DNA of 64,000 nt, from the NCBI GenBank assembly GCA_036679645.1, contig JAZDCY010000016.1:64001-128000 (forward strand), given 5' to 3'. Of the stretch, positions 53,903 through 64,000 are shown one piece after another. The DNA is from Gemmatimonadota bacterium. GTDB lineage: Bacteria; Gemmatimonadota; Gemmatimonadetes; Gemmatimonadales; GWC2-71-9. The position numbers were made by a program, and so were the translations under genes. Numbering within the stretch: the stretch's first letter is position 1; each line of letters starts with the position of its first letter. The notes beneath the pieces were generated by a model, which worked only from the letters and a program-made list of their open reading frames with translations, was not told the origin of the DNA and searched no databases.

Positions 53903-56761
53903 ATGATGATCGTGCTGCGTTTCCTCTGTTTGTTGCTCGTCGCCGGCCCGTTGACGACCGTGGCGGCGCAGTCGATTCCTTCTCCGGAACGACACTTCGG
54001 TCACGTCATCGGGGCCGATCGACGACTCGTCGATTGGGATGGCATTGGCGAGTACATGCGCCTCGTCGGTGCGCGGTCGGATCGTGTCAACGTCCGCGAG
54101 ATGGGGCAGACCACCCTCGGTCGTCCGTTCCTCTTGCTCGAGATCTCGAGCCCCAGCACCATTGCGAACATCGATCGCTACAAGCGGCTGCAGCAGCGGC
54201 TGTACTTCCAGGATCACCGACCGGGAGAGGACCCGGATGCCGCCCACAGCACGCGCGAGCGTGAGGAGATTTTCCGTGACCACAAGGCCGTCGTTCTAAT
54301 TACCGCAACGATCCACTCGACCGAGGTCGGGGCTGCGCAGATGAGCCTCGAGCTGGTGTACCGTCTCGCGACGGACAACAGCCCCAGGACGCGGAAGATT
54401 CTCGACAACACGATCTTCCTGCTCGTGCCGAGTCTCAATCCGGACGGTCAGGACATGGTTGTGGAGTGGTACGACCGGCACGTGGCGAGCGAGTACGAGG
54501 CGGGATCGATGCCGTGGTTGTACCACGCGTATGTGGGCCATGACAACAACCGCGACATGTACATGTACTCGCAGCAGGAGACGCGTTTGATCGGGCAGGT
54601 GCTGTATGAGGAGTGGTTCCCGTCCATCTGGTTGGACGAACACCAGATGGGATCTACGGGCCCGCGCATCTTCACCATGCCGGCTACCGATCCCATCAAC
54701 CCCAACGTGCACCCTTTGATCTACACGCTGAATGGCTTATACGGGCAGGCGCAGGCCGCTGCGCTCGAGGCCGCAGGCAAGGTCGGCATAGCCTACGACT
54801 ACGTTTACACCAACTTCTGGCCCGGCGCGATGGCATGGACCGGATGGTGGCACAACCAGGTGGGCATGCTCACCGAGGTGGCCAGCGTGCGCATCGCGAC
54901 GCCCACCGAACAGGATACGCAGCCGCTTGGTGTGCGGCAGACCGGGCCCCGACGCCGCGGAGACTTCGAGCCTGGCGAACCATTGCCAAGGCCGCGCGAC
55001 ACGCAGTCCCGCACGAGTTACCCCCGGCCGTGGCTTGGCGGCACGTGGACCCTGCGCGACATCGTGGACTACGAGTTGATCGTCTCGATGGCGTTGCTAG
55101 AGACGGCGGCAGACACGCGCGACCAGTTGCTGCGACAGATCTACGAGGTCAACCGGTCGACCATTCGAGAGTTCATGGACGGGCAGCCCGACGAGCCGGA
55201 GAACGGCTACGGAGCGGTATCGCAGTCGGCCGGCGACCGTCCACCCGCGACGGGTCGGGTCTTTGCAGGCGCGGGTGGCGCGGCGGGAACACCGTACGCT
55301 GTTCTCATCGATCCCAACCAGCACGATCCACCGACCGTCGCGAAGATGTTGCAAACGCTCGAGCGTGGCGGCGTGATCGTGGAACGCGCGCGCTCGGCGT
55401 TCGATGCTGGCGACGAGCGGCACAGTGCGGGGACGTATGTGATCCGACTCGCGCAGGTGTTCGGCCGCTACGCCAAAGAGATGCTGGAGACACAGACGTA
55501 TCCGGAGGTGCGTGCCACACCGGAATCACCCCCGGCACCGCCCTACGACGTCACCGCGTGGTCACTCGGCATGCAGATGGGGGTGGAGGTCACATTCGTC
55601 GACCAACCGTTTGATGCGTCCCTCGACGTAGTAGACGGCATTCCGCTCCCCACGGGGCGTGTCGACGGTAGCGGATCCACGTTCGTCATGCCGGCGTCGT
55701 ACAACGATGCTTTTGCTGTGGCCAATGAGTTGTGGGATGCTCAGACGCGGATCCGGCGAACCGCCGAGACCTTCACCGGCCCACTCGGAAGTCGAGTCGG
55801 TCCTGGGGCTTGGGTGATCGACGGAGTGTCGCGCGAGCGCATGGCCGCGCTGGCGGAGCGTTACGGATTGGTCGTAAGCGTGATGCCCGAGGCTCCGGCG
55901 ACGCGGATGGTCGATGTGCGCAAGCCCCGCATTGCCGTGTATCAGCCGTGGGGATCCAATATGGACGAGGGGTGGACGCGGTGGTTGCTCGAGAAGTACG
56001 GTTTTGCGTACACAACGCTGCATCCCCAGGATCTGCGGGCGGCGGGCACGGCTGAGGGCGTAGATCTCGAGATTCCCAATGATGTGCGGGAGCACTGGCC
56101 AGCCTTCGTCGCCGACCGGGCTCCTACGCAGATCGAATATGCGCCGCTTGCCGAACGTTTCGACGTGGTGCTGTTCACGCACCAGAGCTCGAGCAGCATT
56201 CTCGAGGGTAGTGATGCCAGCACCACGCCGCCCGTCTACCGGGGAGGGATAGGCGAGGAGGGACTCGCCGCGCTGCGCGCGTTTGTCGACGCGGGCGGCA
56301 CTCTGGTGGCGATGGGGGCCGCCACCGAGTTGCTCATCGAGCAGTGGCCCATTCCGGTCAAGAACGTCGCGGGCGAGCTGGAGACCGACGAGTTTCTGAT
56401 CCCCGGCTCGATCCTGAACCTCCAGACGGACCCAACGCACCCGCTCGCGTGGGGGATGCCGCGCACGTCGTACGGGTATTTCATCCGCAGTCCCTTCTTT
56501 GCGCTCACCGACGGGTTTGCCAGCCAGACCACGACGGTCGCCGTTCGCTATCCGAACACGGGACTGCGCGCGTCGGGATGGCTGCGCGGCGGAGAGCACC
56601 TCGCCGGCCGCGCGGCCGCCGTTCAGGTGGACTTCGCTCCCGTGAGCGCCGGAGAACGTGGTGGTCGCATGGTTCTGCTGGGTCTGCGTCCGCAGCACCG
56701 GGTGCAGACACACGCCACCTTCAAGCTGTTGTTCAACGCGCTCGTTCCCAGCGATCGCTAG
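53903..56761 (+). CDS. Secreted M14-family zinc carboxypeptidase (paralog of 23835-26405)
   Basis: IHSTE, NPDG, HDNNRD, DEHQM, MDEGWTRW; signal peptide. Confidence 0.88.
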   Translation: MMIVLRFLCLLLVAGPLTTVAAQSIPSPERHFGHVIGADRRLVDWDGIGEYMRLVGARSDRVNVREMGQTTLGRPFLLLEISSPSTIANIDRYKRLQQRLYFQDHRPGEDPDAAHSTREREEIFRDHKAVVLITATIHSTEVGAAQMSLELVYRLATDNSPRTRKILDNTIFLLVPSLNPDGQDMVVEWYDRHVASEYEAGSMPWLYHAYVGHDNNRDMYMYSQQETRLIGQVLYEEWFPSIWLDEHQMGSTGPRIFTMPATDPINPNVHPLIYTLNGLYGQAQAAALEAAGKVGIAYDYVYTNFWPGAMAWTGWWHNQVGMLTEVASVRIATPTEQDTQPLGVRQTGPRRRGDFEPGEPLPRPRDTQSRTSYPRPWLGGTWTLRDIVDYELIVSMALLETAADTRDQLLRQIYEVNRSTIREFMDGQPDEPENGYGAVSQSAGDRPPATGRVFAGAGGAAGTPYAVLIDPNQHDPPTVAKMLQTLERGGVIVERARSAFDAGDERHSAGTYVIRLAQVFGRYAKEMLETQTYPEVRATPESPPAPPYDVTAWSLGMQMGVEVTFVDQPFDASLDVVDGIPLPTGRVDGSGSTFVMPASYNDAFAVANELWDAQTRIRRTAETFTGPLGSRVGPGAWVIDGVSRERMAALAERYGLVVSVMPEAPATRMVDVRKPRIAVYQPWGSNMDEGWTRWLLEKYGFAYTTLHPQDLRAAGTAEGVDLEIPNDVREHWPAFVADRAPTQIEYAPLAERFDVVLFTHQSSSSILEGSDASTTPPVYRGGIGEEGLAALRAFVDAGGTLVAMGAATELLIEQWPIPVKNVAGELETDEFLIPGSILNLQTDPTHPLAWGMPRTSYGYFIRSPFFALTDGFASQTTTVAVRYPNTGLRASGWLRGGEHLAGRAAAVQVDFAPVSAGERGGRMVLLGLRPQHRVQTHATFKLLFNALVPSDR

Positions 56762-56850
56762 GGGTGCCGGAGGGTATGCGCTCGCCGGCCTGAGCCGGCA
56801 GCGTCGAGAAACTCGCGCGGCGGCAGACCGCGACACATCTTAGGCCGTAT

Positions 56851-59271
56851 ATGCCGGACCCAACCGCCCGATTGAGGACCGCCCTGGCGGACCAATACCG
56901 CATCGAGCGAGAACTCGGTGTGGGCAGCATGGCCACCGTGTATCTAGCGGAGGACTTGAAGCACCACCGCAAGGTCGCGGTCAAGGTGTTACGGTCGGAT
57001 CTTGCAGCGACGCTCGGAGCCGAGCGGTTCCTGCGCGAGATCGAGATCGCAGCTCAGCTCCAGCATCCGCACATTCTGATGCTCATCGACTCCGGTGAAG
57101 TAGATGGGTTCCTCTACTATGTCATGCCCTTCGTTGACGGTGTCTCGGTGCGCGACAAACTCTCCGCAGGGACCGAGATCCCCATGTCGGAGGTCCTGGA
57201 GATCCTGTGCGATCTGACCGAGGCGCTTGCCTACGCGCACCAGCAAGGCGTGGTCCACCGTGACGTGAAGCCGGACAACATTCTGGTCTCCCGCGGCAAT
57301 GCCGTCGTCACCGACTTCGGGCTCGCGAAAGCCGTGAGCGAGGCGACCGGTCCTCAGAACATGACGAGAGCCGGCATCGCGCTCGGGACACCCCCTTATA
57401 TGGCCCCCGAACAGGCCACGGCAGATCCGAACACCGATCACCGCGCCGACATCTACGCAGTGGGCTGCGTCGCCTACGAATTGCTGACAGGCAAACCGCC
57501 GTTCGTCGGCCCCAACGCGCAGGTGATCCTCGCCGCGCACATGACGGAGACGCCCGAGCCGGTGACGGCGCGTCGCGTCGGCGTCCCGACCGCGCTTGCC
57601 AACATCGTGATGAAGTGCCTGGAGAAGAAGCCGGAAGACCGATTCCAAAGTACCGACGAACTACTGATCCAACTTCGGGCGCTGCGGTCGTCGAGTGGGG
57701 CCATCCTGGCGACCGATGCAATGCCGGCGATATCGAGCAGTGGCTTCTGGGCGCGTCGCAAGGTCGTGGCGACGACCACGGCAGTGGCTATCGCCATCGT
57801 GGCTCTTGCGGCGTGGTTCGTTACGGGGTTTGGCGATGAGAGCGCGGGCGGAGACGACGACGGAATTCGCAGCCTCGCGGTGTTGCCGTTCGCCGATCTC
57901 AGCCCGGAGCGAGACCAGGAGTACCTCGGTGACGGCATTGCAGAAACGCTGATCGGTACGTTGTCGAGACTCGAGGGACTCCGGGTTGCTGCCCGCACGT
58001 CGGCGTTCTCGTTCAAGGGAAGAAACGAGGACGTGCGCACGATTGGCAAACAGCTCGGCGTTTCGGCTGTGCTCGAGGGGACCGTGCAGCGCAGCGGCAA
58101 CCGCATTCGCATCACCGCGCAGTTGATCGACGCCGAGGACGGGTTCCACATCTGGTCGCAGACATACGATCGCGACATGGATGACGTGTTCGCGGTCCAG
58201 GACGAGGTGACGCAGTCGGTAGTGCGGGCACTCCAGGTTGAACTCATGGGCGATACGGCCGAGTCCGTCGAAACCCACGCTACCGAGAACGTCGAGGCGT
58301 ATAGCGCCTATCTCCTCGGGCGGTTTCACTGGAATCAGCGCACCGGCCCGGCTATCGACTCGGCGGCGACGTACTTCGCGCGCGCGCTCGAGATGGACTC
58401 CAGTTACGGAAAGGCGTGGAGCGGGCTCGCCGAGACGTACGTGCTTTTTCCCCAGTACCTCCCCGGTGTCCTGCCGACGGACGAGGCACTCGACCGGGCC
58501 GAGCGGGCAGCCCGTCGTGCCATCGCCCTCGACCAAACGATCGCGGCGCCACACGCGACGCTCGGGGCCCTGTACCAACAGAAGCGGGAGTTCGGCCGGG
58601 CGCGGCAGGCTTACGAGCAAGCGGTGACGGTGGAGCCCGGCTACGCCACGGGCCACCAGTGGTACGCGACCTACCTGATCATCATGGGCGAGACGGCCGA
58701 AGCGGTGGCGCACATGCGGCACGCCGCGACGCTCGATCCCCTGTCGCAGATCATCGCGGTATGGCTCGCGACCGCGCTGGATGCCGACGGTCAGCCGGCG
58801 GCGGCGGGCGAGCAGTACGAACGTACGCTACGGCTCAATCCGGACGCGTGGCGCATCCACCGCGACGCGTGGATGCACCATCTCCGCCTGTCCAACTTCG
58901 AGCAGTCCGGCACGCATCTGGTTCGGATGTTCGAGATCGCCGGAGAGCCCACCACGACGGCGGCGCAGTGGCAACAGCGCGTTGTCGATCCTGCGACGCG
59001 CGCGGCCGCGCTTCCCAAGATCGTGGACTCGGTGCTGCCGGCCCTGTCCGCGGCGTCGCCCGTCGTCGTCCTGTGGGGCTTGGTACCGATGAAAGCCGAG
59101 GTCCTGGGTCTTCTAGGGGATACCGATCGCGCGCTCGACCTGCTCGAGCAGGCGTACGGCGATCCCCAAAGCGACGAGGAGGTGCTACCCCTGCTCACGT
59201 TCGTGCTCAACCCCGCGCTCCGCGACCACCCGCGGTTCACCGCGCTGCTTCGCAACGTTGGGGTGCGGTAA
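56851..59271 (+). CDS. Ser/Thr protein kinase, TM segment, TolB_N-like and TPR domains
   Basis: VAVK, HRDVKPDN, DFG, GTPPYMAPEQ; hydrophobic segment; SLAVLPFAD; TPRs. Confidence 0.93.
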   Translation: MPDPTARLRTALADQYRIERELGVGSMATVYLAEDLKHHRKVAVKVLRSDLAATLGAERFLREIEIAAQLQHPHILMLIDSGEVDGFLYYVMPFVDGVSVRDKLSAGTEIPMSEVLEILCDLTEALAYAHQQGVVHRDVKPDNILVSRGNAVVTDFGLAKAVSEATGPQNMTRAGIALGTPPYMAPEQATADPNTDHRADIYAVGCVAYELLTGKPPFVGPNAQVILAAHMTETPEPVTARRVGVPTALANIVMKCLEKKPEDRFQSTDELLIQLRALRSSSGAILATDAMPAISSSGFWARRKVVATTTAVAIAIVALAAWFVTGFGDESAGGDDDGIRSLAVLPFADLSPERDQEYLGDGIAETLIGTLSRLEGLRVAARTSAFSFKGRNEDVRTIGKQLGVSAVLEGTVQRSGNRIRITAQLIDAEDGFHIWSQTYDRDMDDVFAVQDEVTQSVVRALQVELMGDTAESVETHATENVEAYSAYLLGRFHWNQRTGPAIDSAATYFARALEMDSSYGKAWSGLAETYVLFPQYLPGVLPTDEALDRAERAARRAIALDQTIAAPHATLGALYQQKREFGRARQAYEQAVTVEPGYATGHQWYATYLIIMGETAEAVAHMRHAATLDPLSQIIAVWLATALDADGQPAAAGEQYERTLRLNPDAWRIHRDAWMHHLRLSNFEQSGTHLVRMFEIAGEPTTTAAQWQQRVVDPATRAAALPKIVDSVLPALSAASPVVVLWGLVPMKAEVLGLLGDTDRALDLLEQAYGDPQSDEEVLPLLTFVLNPALRDHPRFTALLRNVGVR

Positions 59272-59277
59272 CCGCGG

Positions 59278-61638
59278 ATGTCCGATACCGATCGTCTCAG
59301 GACTGCGCTCGCGGACCAATACCGCATCGAGCGGGAACTCGGAAGCGGTGGCATGGCGACCGTCTACCTCGCCGAAGACCTGAAGCATCACCGTAAGGTG
59401 GCGGTGAAGGTATTGCGGTCCGACATCGCCGCCTCGCTCGGCGCCGACCGCTTCCTGCGCGAGATCGAGATCGCCGCCCAGCTGCAACACCCGCACATCC
59501 TGATGGTCGACGGCGAATCGCTGCGCGATCGGTTGGCACGAGAGACCGAACTCCCAGTCGCCGAGGCGGTGCGGATTCTGCGTGACGTGGTGGATGCGCT
59601 ATCGCACGCGCACGAACACGGTGTCGTGCACCGCGACATCAAGCCCGACAACATCATGCTCTCGGGGAACCACGCGGTGGTGACGGACTTCGGTGTGGCC
59701 AAGGCGGTGAGCGAGGCGACGGGTCGCCAGAACATCACGACGGCGGGCGTGGCACTCGGCACCCCGACGTACATGGCGCCGGAACAGGCGTCGGCGGATC
59801 CGCACATCGACCATCGCGCCGACATCTACGCGGTGGGCACCGTGGCGTACGAGCTGTTGACCGGCCGGCCGCCGTTCGCCGGGAAGACCGCGCAGGGCGT
59901 GTTGGCCGCGCACGTCATGGAGGCGCCCGAACACGTCTCTACACACCGTCCCGCGGTATCCCCGACCCTCGCCGACGTCGTGATGAAGTGTCTGGAAAAG
60001 AAGCCGGCCGATCGCTTTCAGACGACCGGAGAGTTACTCGGCCGGCTGGAAGGCCTCGCGACACCGAGCGGTGGCATGGAACCCACGGCTGCGCGCTCTG
60101 CCGTCTCTGGAGCTTTGACCGCGCCTCGCAAGAAGTTTGCCACCATAAGCGCGATCGCCGTGTTCGCGATCGCCGCCGTGTTCTGGTTCGGAACCGGTCG
60201 CGGTAGTGGCACAGCGAATACGGGCGACGACGGACCGGAGCGTCTCGCCGTGCTCCTGTTCCAGAACCTGAGTCGCGACGAAGACGACCAGTACTTCACC
60301 GACGGCATCACGCAGGACATCAGTGTCCAGTTGTCCAAGGTCGGTGCCTTTCGGGTGACGGCGCACGGCTCGGCGAGCCGGTTCCAAAGCGGCGAAACCG
60401 ACTATCGTGAAGCCGCCACGGCGCTCAATGCCGACTACCTGGTCGACGGGTCCGTGCGGCGAGCCGGCGATCGCATCCGCATATCGGTGAGCCTCGTTGA
60501 CCCCTCAACGGGCGACCAACTCTGGGCGGAAGACTACAACCGAGACCTCTCTGCCTCGGGGATCTTCGCCATTCAGCAGGACGTCGCCCGTCAGGTTGCT
60601 AGTGCCCTGGATGCTACGCTCTCCCCGAGCGAGGAGGGCGACGTTGCAGCCTTACCTACAAGCAACCTCGACGCGTACAACGCATACCTGCGTGGCCGGT
60701 TCTTTTGGAACCGCCGGACAGAGGAATCGCTTCTTCAGGCGATCGCACTGTTCGAGCGGGCGATCGCACTAGACTCCGAGTACGCGTGGGCATACTCCGG
60801 GCTGGCCGATTCATACATCCTCCTCCCGTGGTACGGATTCCTGGAACCGAGTGAAGCGGCCGCGCGCGCGCGTGCGGCGGCCGAACGAGCCATTGCGCTC
60901 GACAGCACACTTGCGGCGGCGTTCACCTCGATCGCGTTTGTACGTGCGACGTATGACTGGGATTGGATTGGTGCGGAGGTAGCGTACCGGCGCGCGATCC
61001 AACTCAACCCCGGTTATGCGACCGCCCATCAATGGTATGGGGGGCTGCTGTTCGCTGTGGGCCGCCACGACGAAGGGCTGGCTGAGCTGTGGCGCGCTCG
61101 CGACTATGATCCGATTGCTCCGATCATCAACGCCAACCTCGCTCAGTTCCTGGTGATTGCGGGAAGGTCAGAGGAAGCAATCACGCAGCTCGAGCAATTG
61201 GCGGAAGTCGACTCGACCTTTCAGACGAGCACAATGGGGTGGCCATACTTCGACCTTGGGATGTATGCCGAAGCAGCAGCGGCATTCGAAGAAGGCGACG
61301 CCCCCGCGGAGGCCGCCCATGCCTATGCGAGGTTGGGTGACACGGATCGGGCCCGCGAGTTGGTGGCGGAGATCCGGAAGGACGCACAAGAGAGACTGGC
61401 AGAGGGACGCTGGTATTCGTTCGTGTTGTTGGCCGAAGCGGCCGCGGCACTCGGCGACACAACGCAAATGTTTGACTGGCTCGAACAAGCCGTTGAGGCT
61501 CGCGACCCACGCTTGGCCTATCTCGGGATACAGTTGCCAACGTTTGCCCCGATGCGGGGACACCCACGCTATGCGGAGATCATGAGGCTGACCGGGCGCG
61601 CGCCTGACGGTACTCCCCTCGTGAGCGACAACAACTAG
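59278..61638 (+). CDS. Ser/Thr protein kinase paralog with a 17-aa in-frame deletion in the kinase domain; TM, TolB_N-like, TPR
   Basis: LGSGGMATV, VAVK, HRDIKPDN, DFG and APE are all present, but HPHILM is joined directly to VDGESLR. Confidence 0.88.
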   Translation: MSDTDRLRTALADQYRIERELGSGGMATVYLAEDLKHHRKVAVKVLRSDIAASLGADRFLREIEIAAQLQHPHILMVDGESLRDRLARETELPVAEAVRILRDVVDALSHAHEHGVVHRDIKPDNIMLSGNHAVVTDFGVAKAVSEATGRQNITTAGVALGTPTYMAPEQASADPHIDHRADIYAVGTVAYELLTGRPPFAGKTAQGVLAAHVMEAPEHVSTHRPAVSPTLADVVMKCLEKKPADRFQTTGELLGRLEGLATPSGGMEPTAARSAVSGALTAPRKKFATISAIAVFAIAAVFWFGTGRGSGTANTGDDGPERLAVLLFQNLSRDEDDQYFTDGITQDISVQLSKVGAFRVTAHGSASRFQSGETDYREAATALNADYLVDGSVRRAGDRIRISVSLVDPSTGDQLWAEDYNRDLSASGIFAIQQDVARQVASALDATLSPSEEGDVAALPTSNLDAYNAYLRGRFFWNRRTEESLLQAIALFERAIALDSEYAWAYSGLADSYILLPWYGFLEPSEAAARARAAAERAIALDSTLAAAFTSIAFVRATYDWDWIGAEVAYRRAIQLNPGYATAHQWYGGLLFAVGRHDEGLAELWRARDYDPIAPIINANLAQFLVIAGRSEEAITQLEQLAEVDSTFQTSTMGWPYFDLGMYAEAAAAFEEGDAPAEAAHAYARLGDTDRARELVAEIRKDAQERLAEGRWYSFVLLAEAAAALGDTTQMFDWLEQAVEARDPRLAYLGIQLPTFAPMRGHPRYAEIMRLTGRAPDGTPLVSDNN

Positions 61639-61649
61639 GAGCAGTGGGA

Positions 61650-61895
61650 ATGGGATTTCGCAGATTCGTCGATCGAGATGGCCGAGGGTGGGACGTGAAG
61701 GACCGCTCGGACTACGAGTGGACGTTCGAGCCCGAGCCGGGCAACCCTGCGAGTGCCGTTAACGTCCCGGCCCCCGGGCACCAGAAAGATCCGTTCGAAT
61801 TGAGCATCGAAGAACTCCAGGGCATGCTCGACGATGCAGGGCCGGCGGATCGACCGAGCCGGTCGAAGAAGCAATCGCCGTTTATGGATGCCTGA
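61650..61895 (+). CDS. Small hypothetical protein (81 aa)
   Basis: AGGAG SD; RRFVDRDGRGWDV...DPFELSIEELQGMLD; codon pattern consistent with neighbours. Confidence 0.7.
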   Translation: MGFRRFVDRDGRGWDVKDRSDYEWTFEPEPGNPASAVNVPAPGHQKDPFELSIEELQGMLDDAGPADRPSRSKKQSPFMDA

Positions 61896-61933
61896 CCGTG
61901 CAGCGTGCAGCGTTGCTACGAGGAGGTAGTCGA

Positions 61934-63367
61934 GTGATAGTGAGACAAAACCGATGTGTTGTGGGACTCGTCGCGCTGCTTGCGTTAGCCGGGTTCGCAC
62001 GTGCGATACATGCACAAGATGTGTGGACCACGGAAGAGCGCGAGCATGCGGCGGCGTGGGGTGCGCATTTTCTCTGCGCGGGGCTCTTCGTGGTTGGACG
62101 CGATATCCAGCGCGATCCGGAGACCGTCGTGGCGCGGGACATCGCCTGGTTCCCGCCGTTCCGGTGGGAGGAATCCTTCGAGTACTCGGTCGACTGGGAT
62201 ACCAAGCTCGTAACCGTGACAGCTCCCGGGGCCGCGACGCGGACGGCGCGCTACTACGGCGATCAGGGTTGCGTCATTCACGCCCGTGGCTCGACGGAGA
62301 TTCACTTCGAGCCCGTACACGTTGCCTCGACGTTGCCAGATGCCGCGACCCAACCGTGGCCCATGGGAGACTTGGATCGCTTCGCACCGCTTCCCGAAGG
62401 CGCGGACGCGCAGGCGTTCAACGACACCCTCGACTGGGCAATGAACGAGGCGGGACAGAATACGCGCGCGCTCATCGTGATCTATCGGGGTAAGGTGATC
62501 GCCGAGCGTTTCGCCCAGGGGTTCACCGCGCATACACCGCAGATCGGTTGGTCACAGGGGAAGAGCATCGCCGCAGCGCTCACGGGTGTGCTTGTGCAAC
62601 AGGGCGAGCTGGAACTGATGCAACCGGCTCCCGTGCCAGAATGGCGCGAGGATACACACGACCCGCGTCGGGAGATCCTGATCCGCGACCTGCTCCACAT
62701 GAGCAGTGGGCTCGATTTCCTCAACCTCGGCATCTCCGATCCGCGGTCGTACACGAGCGCCAACGAGCACTTCTTCATCTACTTCGACGCGCCCAACGTG
62801 TTCGATCATGCCGTCAATCAACCCATGGACATCGGACCGAACGAACAGTTCCGTTATCGCAACAGCGATCCATTGACGCTCATGCGGATCGCCAGAGAGA
62901 TCGTGGAGGCGCGCGGTGAGAGTTTCCTCGAGTTTCCGCGCAAGCACTTCTTCGATCGCATTGGCATCCGCAACGCGGTGCTGGAGACCGACACGTTCGG
63001 CAATTTCATCATCACCGGCTACGATTTCCTTAGCGCGCACGACTGGGCACGATTCGGTCTGCTGCACCTGTGGGGCGGCGTATGGCAGGGCGAGCGCATC
63101 CTCCCTGAGGGGTGGGTCGACTTCATCAGCACGCCGACCGAGACCGACCCTCGCCAGAGCTACGGCGGTCTCTTCTGGGTGAACGCCGGCGGTAGGTTCC
63201 CCGACATTCCGCGCGACGCCTACACGCCCGCCGGTTTCATGGGACAGAACACGATGATCATCCCGTCGCTCGACATGATCGTCGTGCGTCTTGGGCCGAG
63301 CCCCGGGCGGTCGAACCAGTATCTCAATCGCGTCGTCGGCGGCATCATAGAGGCGTTGGGTCTCTAG
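61934..63367 (+). CDS. Serine hydrolase, beta-lactamase class C-like family
   Basis: WSQGKS (SxxK), DLLHMSSGL, YRN, DWARFGLL, AGFMGQ; signal peptide; AGGAGG SD. Confidence 0.9.
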   Translation: MIVRQNRCVVGLVALLALAGFARAIHAQDVWTTEEREHAAAWGAHFLCAGLFVVGRDIQRDPETVVARDIAWFPPFRWEESFEYSVDWDTKLVTVTAPGAATRTARYYGDQGCVIHARGSTEIHFEPVHVASTLPDAATQPWPMGDLDRFAPLPEGADAQAFNDTLDWAMNEAGQNTRALIVIYRGKVIAERFAQGFTAHTPQIGWSQGKSIAAALTGVLVQQGELELMQPAPVPEWREDTHDPRREILIRDLLHMSSGLDFLNLGISDPRSYTSANEHFFIYFDAPNVFDHAVNQPMDIGPNEQFRYRNSDPLTLMRIAREIVEARGESFLEFPRKHFFDRIGIRNAVLETDTFGNFIITGYDFLSAHDWARFGLLHLWGGVWQGERILPEGWVDFISTPTETDPRQSYGGLFWVNAGGRFPDIPRDAYTPAGFMGQNTMIIPSLDMIVVRLGPSPGRSNQYLNRVVGGIIEALGL

Positions 63368-63395
63368 TCCACCCGACAACAGTCGAGCCCGAACA

Positions 63396-64000
63396 GTGAC
63401 CGCGAATCCGCAAACGCGCGGAGCCTTCCGCCCGGTTCCGTACATGGGCGTCATCTGGGTCGTCGCGGAAGCCATGAAGCTCGGCTTCTGGAACGGGCAT
63501 CCCGATTGGTGCAACCTCGGCCAGGGGCAGCCCGAGGTCGGCCCCATGGAGGGGGCGCCGGTCCGGCTCTCACGCATCGACCTCGAGCCTTCCGATCACG
63601 CGTACGGGCACGTCGGGGGAACGGATCAGCTGTGTGAGGTTGTCGCCGCGCACTACAACCGGCTCTACCGGCAGGGCAAGCGATCGCAGTACACCAAAGA
63701 GAACGTGTCCATTGCCTCGGGCGGTCGTCTCATGTTGTCCCGCATGATGGCTACACTAGGCGCGATCAATGTGGGCTACCAAGCCCCCGACTACACGGCG
63801 TATGAGGACATGCTGGACTACCACCAGTATCGTCTGAACCCGGTCCTCATTCCAACCACGTCCGAACGCCGCTTCATGACGCCGAGTGCGGATCTCGAAG
63901 GCATCATCCGCGAACACGACCTACGCGCATATCTCATCAGCAATCCATGTAATCCGACTGGGCAAGTTGTGCGCGATGAGGAGCTCGAGCGTTACGTGCA
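63396..64000 (+). CDS. PLP-dependent aminotransferase class I/II, 5' portion (runs off window)
   Basis: Manual translation gives NLGQGQPE, AAHYNRLYR, ENVSIASGGR, PDYTAYE and ISNPCNPTG; open to the window end. Confidence 0.88.
   Translation, partial: MTANPQTRGAFRPVPYMGVIWVVAEAMKLGFWNGHPDWCNLGQGQPEVGPMEGAPVRLSRIDLEPSDHAYGHVGGTDQLCEVVAAHYNRLYRQGKRSQYTKENVSIASGGRLMLSRMMATLGAINVGYQAPDYTAYEDMLDYHQYRLNPVLIPTTSERRFMTPSADLEGIIREHDLRAYLISNPCNPTGQVVRDEELERYV

Overview
GC-rich, gene-dense bacterial chromosomal window. The gene content suggests a Gemmatimonadota-like organism (inference): repeated Ser/Thr kinase-TolB_N-TPR paralogs, large M14 peptidases and a PorX-like regulator. It is mostly housekeeping: yebC-ruvC-ruvA-ruvB, tyrS, a class A PBP, argR-argG-argH with ARG boxes, mpg, tdh-kbl, an FdhF-like molybdoenzyme, rho-ruvX-mltG, aroH, thiE and an RlmI-like methyltransferase. 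An accessory-type right third holds envelope proteins, three kinases, a B12 radical SAM enzyme, peptidases and a serine hydrolase. No rRNA, tRNA, CRISPR array, transposase or phage gene was recognised. Most notable observations: (1) a 54-aa zinc-ribbon gene translationally coupled between ruvA and ruvB, with an N-terminally truncated DnaB paralog upstream; (2) aroH and thiE start codons are back-to-back across a 12-nt spacer that carries a Shine-Dalgarno sequence on each strand, with thiE antisense inside a minus-strand gene run; (3) an unassigned ~100-nt structured RNA with terminator/antiterminator architecture at 52314-52416; (4) a patatin-ferredoxin fusion; (5) a stand-alone HisKA microprotein and a region-2-only ECF sigma; (6) a kinase with a 17-residue hinge deletion; (7) a (KRKTA)15 histone-like protein; (8) recurrent paired 7/8-mer intergenic arrays and several apparently leaderless promoters. 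All calls come from manual motif reading, with no database searches. Start codons are best estimates.
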